DNA of 64,000 bases from Bacteroidales bacterium. Lineage in GTDB: Bacteria > Bacteroidota > Bacteroidia > Bacteroidales > UBA932. Below the pieces are notes generated by a model that did not search any database, was not told the origin of the DNA, and saw only the letters and a program-made list of their open reading frames with translations. This document shows, in pieces, positions 17,699 to 24,197 of the stretch. Where the stretch lies: contig JAKSJG010000003.1 of the NCBI GenBank assembly GCA_024398365.1, positions 20,960-84,959 of the forward strand, written 5' to 3'. Within the stretch, counting starts at the first letter, position 1, and every line of letters begins with the position of its first letter. A program made the translations under genes and the position numbers.

Positions 17699-20600
17699 TT
17701 ACAATCCGATTTCAAGACCGAGGGAAATGGTCTTCAATGGTGGAATATTCAAGTAGTGCACACCCTGGAATTCAGGGTCGTAGAGTTTGTATTTCGCAAA
17801 AGTGAGGAGGTTTGTACCTGAGAGGTAAACCTTGGTGGAGCGCATATGGACGGCATCCATCCACTTCTGTGGCAGGCTGTAGCTGAGGATGAGATTCTTC
17901 AGACGTATGTGGTCGGTGCTGTGCACACCTCTTGAAGAGTTCCACCATCCGCCGTATTCCTGTCCGTAGATGTAGCGTGGGATGTCTGTGACATCACCAG
18001 GGTTCTGCCATCTGTTCCTCAAAGCGATGCTCTTGTTGGTGGATGCGCTGTAACCGTCATCCTCGAGACCGTACATCATATTGTCATATGAGTGACCGCC
18101 GAGTGAGAATGTGAAGTTGAATGAGAGTGCGAGTCCCTTGTATCCGAAAGTGTTCTGCAGTGAGCCTGTGAGGTAAGGGAAGATGTCACAGCAGATGATG
18201 CGGTATGCGTTGTTAGGGTCGTAAACCTTCTCCCTAGAGAGAGAACCGTCTTCCTGAGGCTCGTTGGAGTAGTACATAGGAAGTCCGTTTTCAGGATCCA
18301 CACCGGCATATTCCCTGAGGTAGATTGAACCGAAGGATTCGCCGACTCTTCTGATGTAACGGCCGTCGGTATATTCATCCACGTCATTGAGCTTGAGGAT
18401 CTTGTTCTTGTTGTGAGCAAGGTTGAGGGCGGTTGTCCAGTAGAAATCCTTCTTGTCGATGTTGCGGCTGTTGATCTCAAATTCGAAGCCCTTGTTTTCC
18501 ATCTCACCGATATTGCCGGTAACTGAACCGAAGCCGGAGATATTGTTGACTGTCATGCTCATCAGCAGGCCTGTGGTATGCCTTCTGTATGCATCGAATG
18601 TCACGTTCACTCTCTTGAAGAGACCGAAGTCCAAACCTATGTTGGTTGCGTAGTTGCGCTCCCAGGAGAGGTTAGGGTTTTCGAGGGTGTTCTCGACGAG
18701 AGTAGGCATGTTGTTGTATGAACCGGCTGTAGAATATGTGCCGTAGAAGCCGTAAAGTGAGCTTGGGAGGTTACCGTTGACACCGTAGGAAGCCCTGATC
18801 TTGAGATCTGAGAGGACGTCCTTCACATTTGCCATGAAATCCTCATTGATGATCTTCCAGGAACCTGAAACCGCCCAGAAGTTATCCCACTTGTTGCCAG
18901 GTGCGAGTCGTGACGAACCGTCACGGCGGAAGCTGGCGCTGAAGAGGTACTTGGTGGCGTAGTCATAATTGAATCGCGCCACGATGGATTCCATTGTCTC
19001 GTGGGTTGAATAACCGCTGGCTTCACGAGGTGTGGAACCGTTGCTGAGGTCGGTGTTGATGGCATTTCCGTATTCAACCGCACGGGCATATACGAAATCA
19101 TAGTTCTTCTTGATGGCCTCAAACGCCGCCGCTGCATCGAAGGTGTGCTTTCCGACAACCTTGTAGTAGCTCAGCATTGTGTTGCTGTCCCAGTTGAAGT
19201 TCTGATAGAATGCGTTGTAACCGTTACCGTTGGTTGATCGGCCGTCACCGCTGGCAGGAGACCAGAAACGATATTCCTTGGTGTATGCCATATCGGTGTT
19301 GTATGTGGTCTGAAGCTTGAGGCCCGGGATGAAGGTGTATCCTATGTGGGCGGAAGCGAAAGCTCTGGCCGCCTGGGTGGAGTACTTGTTGACCTCAGCC
19401 TCCTCTATAGGGTTGTAGTTGCCGTTCTGCGAAAAAGCATGGTTGTATGAGCCATCCTCGAGATAGATAGGGTCTGAAGGAGTGATGGCGAATCTGGAAG
19501 CCCAGAGAGGGCTGCAGTAATAGTCGCTTTCAGGAGTGGCCTTGCTCTCAGTGAGGGAGAGGAGGACATTTGCTCCGAAATCGAGTTTCTTGTGCACGTT
19601 CTCTATACCGAGTCTTCCGCTGTAGCGCTTCAGGAAGGAGTCGAATGACATACCGTCCTGGTCAGTATAGTTGAAGCTGGCAGTGAACTTCGAGTTGTCA
19701 TTTCCGCCCATTGCGGAGAAGTCGTAGTTCTGCTGGTATCCCTTGTGGAACATCTCCTTGGCCCAGTCAACGTATCCTCCAGCAGGAACTGCTGCAACTG
19801 CGTCGATCTGGCTGTCGGCCCATGCCTTGGCGGCATTGAGCTCGAGACCCTTGTCAAGCTGGTAGTTCACGTAACCTTCATAAAGGAGTTCGCGTCTTTC
19901 CTCGCCGCCCATGATAGGACGGTAATCCATGGCGAAATCGGAGATACCGCCGCTGACCTTGATGTTGTAAACGGTCTTGCCCTGCTGTGCGGATTTGGTC
20001 TTGATGAGGATGACACCGTTGGCGCCGCGTGCACCGTAGAGGGAAGCGGAAGCCGCGTCCTTGAGGACTGTGATGCTTTCGATGTCAGAAGGGTTGATGG
20101 TGGCGAGCACGCCGAGACCTCCGGCATTGTTGCTGTCCGCGCTGTAGTTGCCTGAGCTTACAGGGATACCGTCCAGCACGTAGAGAGGTTCTGTGGAAGC
20201 GTTGATTGATCCACGGCCACGTACGAGAGTCGAGGTTCCGGAACCAGGCTGACCTGAAGTTGTGAAGATCTGTACACCCGGAAGGTTACCTTCCATCATC
20301 TGTGTCATTGAAACTACTGGGAGTTCCTTGAGCTTTTCCGTATTGACGGTTGATGCGGAACCCGTATATGTGGACTTCTTGAAGGTACCGTAACCGGTGA
20401 CGATGACTTCGTCGAGAATGTCAATGTCCTGCTCCATGGTGATATTGTACCATGATTCGCTGGTTACGACAACTTCCTTGTCCTTCATGCCAAGGAAGAT
20501 GAACTGGAGAATGTCCTGTGGCTTCGCCTTGACACTGAATGCGCCTGCGGCTGATGTCACGGCATTCGCTCCTGTACCCTTGACAATGATGGCGACACCC

Positions 20601-20737
20601 GGAAGGGGTTCGCCTGTCTGATCCACGACGACACCGGTGACATAACCCGGTGCTGCCGTTGTTTTCTGGGCTGATGCCATTGCCGGCATCAGCAGCATTC
20701 CAAGAAGGAATGCCATAAAGAATCGAAATTGTTTCAT
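17699..20737 (-). CDS. SusC/RagA-family TonB-dependent outer-membrane transporter
   Basis: 1012 aa with a signal peptide and a carboxypeptidase-regulatory-like domain (VTGVVVDQTGEPLPGVAIIVKGT). The plug region shows IESITVLKDAASASLYGARGANGVILIKTK, and the C-terminal beta-barrel ends in ...SLGLEIGL. Confidence 0.95.
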   Translation of the reverse strand: MKQFRFFMAFLLGMLLMPAMASAQKTTAAPGYVTGVVVDQTGEPLPGVAIIVKGTGANAVTSAAGAFSVKAKPQDILQFIFLGMKDKEVVVTSESWYNITMEQDIDILDEVIVTGYGTFKKSTYTGSASTVNTEKLKELPVVSMTQMMEGNLPGVQIFTTSGQPGSGTSTLVRGRGSINASTEPLYVLDGIPVSSGNYSADSNNAGGLGVLATINPSDIESITVLKDAASASLYGARGANGVILIKTKSAQQGKTVYNIKVSGGISDFAMDYRPIMGGEERRELLYEGYVNYQLDKGLELNAAKAWADSQIDAVAAVPAGGYVDWAKEMFHKGYQQNYDFSAMGGNDNSKFTASFNYTDQDGMSFDSFLKRYSGRLGIENVHKKLDFGANVLLSLTESKATPESDYYCSPLWASRFAITPSDPIYLEDGSYNHAFSQNGNYNPIEEAEVNKYSTQAARAFASAHIGYTFIPGLKLQTTYNTDMAYTKEYRFWSPASGDGRSTNGNGYNAFYQNFNWDSNTMLSYYKVVGKHTFDAAAAFEAIKKNYDFVYARAVEYGNAINTDLSNGSTPREASGYSTHETMESIVARFNYDYATKYLFSASFRRDGSSRLAPGNKWDNFWAVSGSWKIINEDFMANVKDVLSDLKIRASYGVNGNLPSSLYGFYGTYSTAGSYNNMPTLVENTLENPNLSWERNYATNIGLDFGLFKRVNVTFDAYRRHTTGLLMSMTVNNISGFGSVTGNIGEMENKGFEFEINSRNIDKKDFYWTTALNLAHNKNKILKLNDVDEYTDGRYIRRVGESFGSIYLREYAGVDPENGLPMYYSNEPQEDGSLSREKVYDPNNAYRIICCDIFPYLTGSLQNTFGYKGLALSFNFTFSLGGHSYDNMMYGLEDDGYSASTNKSIALRNRWQNPGDVTDIPRYIYGQEYGGWWNSSRGVHSTDHIRLKNLILSYSLPQKWMDAVHMRSTKVYLSGTNLLTFAKYKLYDPEFQGVHYLNIPPLKTISLGLEIGL

Positions 20738-20819
20738 AGGCCTTAATAGATTTGTTGTTGGCGAATTTAGTGATAAAAAATCACATAAACAACATAAGAC
20801 CCAGTGTTTTTAGAGAAGA

Positions 20820-20832
20820 GTACCCGGAGCCG
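20820..20832 (+). repeat. 13-bp direct repeat gtacccggagccg (distal att-like copy of the tRNA-Leu 3' end)
   Basis: It is identical to 23936-23948, which covers the 3' acceptor and T-arm end of tRNA-Leu(CAA). Both copies are in the same orientation. Confidence 0.6.
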
Positions 20833-21015
20833 TAATACTACAATTGGTGGCAATTTGGATAATCTGCTTCTTACTGTATAATAGACTGAATCAGTAATAC
20901 ACCCCAGTATGACACTGTTTGAAGTGGGTTTTGTGTCCAACTTGTGTCCAAGTATTCAGCCTTTGAAAATAGACCTACTTCTCTCACAAATATAGTGATT
21001 ATTTTCTTCTCTATT

Positions 21016-21107
21016 GGGTTAAGTGCCGCTAGCGCTCAATGGGTAACGCTCGTAGCGGAGCAAAGGGTACCGGCGTAGCGCGCAATAGGATACCGGCCCG
21101 GAAGGCC
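21016..21107 (-). repeat. Three to four degenerate 23-25 bp tandem repeats (GGGTAnCG..CGTAGCG..GCAAn), probably the terminal multi-repeat end of an IS21-family element
   Basis: The units start at 21016, 21041, 21065 and 21088. They sit immediately downstream (in the minus sense) of the IstB remnant stop at 21134. Confidence 0.45.
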
Positions 21108-21133
21108 TGCGTTTCAGTTCCACAAAGGTAGTT

Positions 21134-21236
21134 TTATTTTCTGTTTTTCCTACGCATGGACTCGCCCTTGAGTTCGATATGCACGGCGTTGCTGACGAGG
21201 CGGTCCATTATGGCGTCTGCAAGTGTCGGCTCCGCG
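21134..21236 (-). pseudogene. IS21-family IstB helper ATPase, C-terminal ~34 codons only
   Basis: Minus-strand translation gives [35 protein letters not shown]. This matches the conserved IstB C-terminus (..DxTxADAIxDRLv.na..ieLkGeSxR..). There is no upstream IstB or IstA sequence. Confidence 0.65.
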
Positions 21237-21371
21237 AAATGCTACGGCGGTGATATCACCCGTAAGCGCAAGCTTCTTGAGAAGCAGAAGCAGGGCAAGA
21301 AGAGGATGAGGCAGATCGGACAGGTCGAAGTGCCTCAGTCCGCTTTCATGGCCGTCCTCAAGATCGACTGA
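21234..21371 (+). pseudogene. lepA: lepA (elongation factor 4) 3'-terminal fragment, last ~45 codons only
   Basis: The translation [45 protein letters not shown] matches the LepA C-terminus (E. coli ...[42 protein letters not shown]...). The preceding codons of the ORF-track entry 21156..21371 are the antisense of the IstB remnant. Confidence 0.8.
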
Positions 21372-21418
21372 TTTTTCTTTTTTTTGCACGATTGATATTT
21401 TTTTGCGACATTTACCGT

Positions 21419-21603
21419 CGCAATGGTTCTCTGTGTGAGGGATCTGCCCTCACTTGAGATTAAAAGGGAATCAGGTGAAAGACCTGAACAGTTCCCGCTG
21501 CTGTAAGTCAAGCGTCCGTACGGACTCGTCAGACATTCCTGCCACTGGCCGCCAAGGCCGGGAAGGCGTCTGCCGATGACAAGTCAGAAGACCTGCCACT
21601 GCG
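21419..21603 (+). promoter_or_regulatory. Cobalamin (B12) riboswitch
   Basis: It carries the conserved AAAAGGGAAtcaGGTGAAAgaCC core, CCCGCtGCTGTAA, GCCACTGgcc...GGGAAGGC and the B12 box AGTCAGAAGACCTGCC (21582-21597). A P1 helix is possible between cgcaatgg (21419-21426) and ccactgcg (21596-21603). Confidence 0.85.
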
Positions 21604-21968
21604 GTTTATTATTCAAACCTGCGGGTGACAGGTTTAGATGATGAGGATACGGACATCAATCAATCAGACAATCGGCGCCTCAGTGCGCTGCAGGGCAATG
21701 GAGTCGAAGCCACTGCCTTTGCCGGTATTATCTCCTGTACCGGTTGCCTCCGCATGCCCCTATGCGGCCGGTGTCGCCACTTACGGTACACTTGCCGCTC
21801 TTCCAACGGCCATTCAAAAAATAGATTCAGATATGAAAAATGTTTATTCGGCTCCTGAGAGCCGGGTTGTCCTCCTGTTTGAGGATGCTGTCATTGCCGC
21901 CAGCGGAAACAGCGGCTGTTCCAACTGGGAGTATTTCTGATATTCACAAACCAACCAAATAATCAATT

Positions 21969-23630
21969 ATGAAAACAAAATCATTATTGTCAGCAGCGGC
22001 TCTGTCCTTGCTGCTGGTCAGCTGTTCGGTCAACGACATCGACAGCGCCATTCCACAGTCTGAAGGAAACGGATTCACCCTTATCGGCGAGTGTTCACTG
22101 GGAACACGTACTGCATTCGGAACTCCGGGCCCATCATCAATACCGTTCACCTGGGCGGGCGGAGACTATGTATATTGCGGCACGCAGAAGAGTGCCGCGA
22201 TTGCAGAAGCTGCTTCCGTTGCCGAATTCAGGTTCAGCAAAGGCTCTGCAACCGACGGTACCGCCGTCATCTACAATATGACGGGAGAAAGCGCCACAGA
22301 GGCCAGGGTGCTTTCGGAGCAGGACGGTGAAAACCTCGGTGCAAGCGGTGACTTCGGTTACACTACCATCTCAAAAGGCTCATTCACCCTCAGCCATTAT
22401 ACCACATACCTCTGGCTCAATCCCTACTGCTCTGCGGGCGACATCACCGCGAAAGTGAAGTCTGTCAGCATTTCTGCAGATGCGGCGATTGCCGGCACGG
22501 CTGAATTCTTCACAGAAAACAAATGTTTCGGTGAAATCACAGGCGGGTCGAAGAGTGTCGATATCGTATTCTCCGAACCGAAAGCTCTCGGCAGTGCCGA
22601 ACCTCAGGGCGTATGGGCTGCCGCCGTCATTCTTCCTTCTACGGTCAGGAATATGGAAATCAGCTATTATTTCGATGACGCATCCGTTGCGGTAGTCAAG
22701 GTGGCTCGCGCGAACGGCCGTGTCCTTGAGGCCGGAAGGACCTATATGGTATCGTCCGACATTGCTTCAGGCGATATGATGGATGTGCTTACATTCGAGG
22801 ATGCCGACTACAGGGGTGACGGCAATTATGTATGTGCAGATGACTGGTCCTCTCTGATCGACGATCCGCAGTACGGCGGTCTTCTTCTCTATGGTGACGG
22901 CGGAATGGGTGTTTACGATATCAACGACGCTTATTGCTGGTACGACAAGGGAAATACCGAACTCTTCTCGAGACTCTCAGAAGGCTGGGGCGCCTGGGCA
23001 TTCTGGTCCGGCGGACACGCAGTCTCCAACTATGTCTCCGCTGACGTTGAGAGATACTGCGACTACGGTTCGCAGCTTACTGTCTACAAAGAGGGCGTAA
23101 CAGGCCTTCAGCGCGCAAAGGGTGGCCATAACGGTTCGGACAACTTCTGCATCCACTATGGTTATGCCGACAATTCCGGATACAGTCTTACTGAGGAAAC
23201 CCTTCCTTTCATCGAGTTCCACGATGGCATAAGCCGTGTCATTGACCATATGTACATCAACAACACCACCTATCTCCTCAAGTGCTGTGTCAGCGGCAAC
23301 GGTATGACAGCGTCCATCGGTGCTGACGACTGGATTAAAATCGTTGCAAAGGGTTACAATGCAAACGGTGAGTTCGTCAACAGCGCTGAATTCTATCTCT
23401 GTGCAGGTTCATCCATATCAGCCGACGGCAAGCTGACTCTTGTCAAGGAATGGACGAAGTGGGATCTCTCATCTCTCGGCAAGGTTGCCAGGGTGACATT
23501 CAATATGACAGGCTCTTCGGACAACGGATACGGTTTCAGCCAGCCTGCATACTTCGCATACGATGATGTCGCAGTACGTCGCGCAGCCACTTCCGCAAAT
23601 GCCGGCAGCAGCGAATTCGAAGTTCTGTAA
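21969..23630 (+). CDS. Surface lipoprotein downstream of the B12 riboswitch; C-terminal ~290 aa resemble the DUF4465-type domain of B12-locus (BtuH-like) proteins
   Basis: The lipobox is LLLVSCS. The C-terminal half (LTFEDADYRGDG...WSSLIDDPQYGGLLLYG...AFWSGGHAVSNY...GGHNGSDNFCIHYGY...MYINNTTY...DWIKIVAKGYNANGE...WTKWDLSSLGKV...FNMTGSSDNGYGFSQPAYFAYDDVAV) matches my recollection of DUF4465. The riboswitch context supports a corrinoid-related role. An HMM check is needed. Confidence 0.75.
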   Translation: MKTKSLLSAAALSLLLVSCSVNDIDSAIPQSEGNGFTLIGECSLGTRTAFGTPGPSSIPFTWAGGDYVYCGTQKSAAIAEAASVAEFRFSKGSATDGTAVIYNMTGESATEARVLSEQDGENLGASGDFGYTTISKGSFTLSHYTTYLWLNPYCSAGDITAKVKSVSISADAAIAGTAEFFTENKCFGEITGGSKSVDIVFSEPKALGSAEPQGVWAAAVILPSTVRNMEISYYFDDASVAVVKVARANGRVLEAGRTYMVSSDIASGDMMDVLTFEDADYRGDGNYVCADDWSSLIDDPQYGGLLLYGDGGMGVYDINDAYCWYDKGNTELFSRLSEGWGAWAFWSGGHAVSNYVSADVERYCDYGSQLTVYKEGVTGLQRAKGGHNGSDNFCIHYGYADNSGYSLTEETLPFIEFHDGISRVIDHMYINNTTYLLKCCVSGNGMTASIGADDWIKIVAKGYNANGEFVNSAEFYLCAGSSISADGKLTLVKEWTKWDLSSLGKVARVTFNMTGSSDNGYGFSQPAYFAYDDVAVRRAATSANAGSSEFEVL

Positions 23631-23674
23631 CATCCCTTTCAGGGCCCTTCCGGGTTCGTGAATCACAAAAAAAC

Positions 23675-23709
23675 AATGAGGCACTCCGGCTTTGCCGGGA
23701 TGCCTCATT
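23675..23709 (+). terminator. Hairpin downstream of the DUF4465-like gene
   Basis: aatgaggca (23675-23683) pairs with tgcctcatt (23701-23709), with a GC-rich inner stem. An A-run precedes it and the following T-tract is weak. Confidence 0.5.
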
Positions 23710-23791
23710 ACTGTTTCCGGACAGCCATCACAAACATGTTTCTAAGTAGAAAATATACCACAGGACAGATGATCAGTTGTTTTAACAAGAT

Positions 23792-23825
23792 AAGAAGAGA
23801 CCTCAAAAGGGTCTCTTCTTTGTTT
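23792..23825 (+). terminator. Intrinsic terminator-like hairpin
   Basis: aagaagagacc (23792-23802) pairs with ggtctcttctt (23810-23820) around a 7-nt loop, followed by tgttt. Confidence 0.55.
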
Positions 23826-23885
23826 GAGACCACCTGTTTTTGGCATTTTGTGCCCAAATGTGTCCAATTTTGTGGGATAGAACGA

Positions 23886-23931
23886 AAAGAAAAAATCCAT
23901 AAGTGTTGTAATCAACTACTTATGGATTTTT
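23886..23931. terminator. Bidirectional intrinsic terminator next to the tRNA-Leu 3' end
   Basis: A 14-bp stem (23895-23908 with 23913-23926) has a taat loop. It is flanked by an A-run on the left and a T-run on the right. Confidence 0.75.
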
Positions 23932-23935
23932 GTCT

Positions 23936-23948
23936 GTACCCGGAGCCG
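23936..23948 (+). repeat. 13-bp direct repeat gtacccggagccg (copy overlapping the tRNA-Leu 3' end)
   Basis: It is identical to 20820-20832. Twelve of its 13 nt lie inside the tRNA gene. Confidence 0.6.
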
Positions 23949-24020
23949 GGATCGAACCGGCACAGCCTTGCGGCCATTGGTGTTTGAGACCAACGCGTCT
24001 ACCGATTCCGCCATCCGGGC
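23937..24020 (-). tRNA. tRNA-Leu (anticodon CAA)
   Basis: The reverse complement is GCCCGGATGGCGGAATCGGTAGACGCGTTGGTCTCAAACACCAATGGCCGCAAGGCTGTGCCGGTTCGATCCCGGCTCCGGGTA. It has a 7-bp acceptor stem, anticodon stem TTGGT/ACCAA with loop CTCAAAC, a long class-II variable arm, T-loop TTCGATC and discriminator A. Confidence 0.9.
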
Positions 24021-24154
24021 TTTCGATAGCGATGGCAAAGGTAAATAAAGTTTCTTTTTTTCCAAAATGCCGCTGGAGATTAGTGAGGGCAAGAATGTTT
24101 ATAACTTGTTAAATTTTCTCCAAAGTCCCCTGCTTTTCGGTAGCTATTCCCAAT

Positions 24155-24162
24155 TAATTTTG
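24155..24162 (+). promoter_or_regulatory. Bacteroidota -7 box TAATTTTG upstream of nrdD
   Basis: It matches TAnnTTTG and lies 35 nt upstream of the ATG at 24198. Confidence 0.4.
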
Positions 24163-24197
24163 TTAACCCAAAACCGGAAAAACTAGCAACAAGACAC

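Noticed and set aside
20747-20994. Promoter assignment for susC (TAGATTTG at 20747-20754 on plus; CAAATATA at 20987-20994, which is a minus-strand TAnnTTTG).
   Set aside because: The first motif is on the wrong strand for susC. The second lies about 250 nt upstream, inside the putative islet. Neither can be assigned with confidence without TSS data.
21156-21371. The 71-aa plus-strand ORF as an intact small gene.
   Set aside because: It is a chimera. The first ~26 codons are antisense to the IstB remnant, and the rest is the terminal fragment of lepA.
21638-21940. A 100-aa plus-strand ORF downstream of the riboswitch.
   Set aside because: The N-terminal two thirds are Ala/Pro/Val-rich, look non-coding and start inside the riboswitch expression platform. 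Only the last 35 codons, from the ATG at 21833, are kept as a speculative sORF in the findings.
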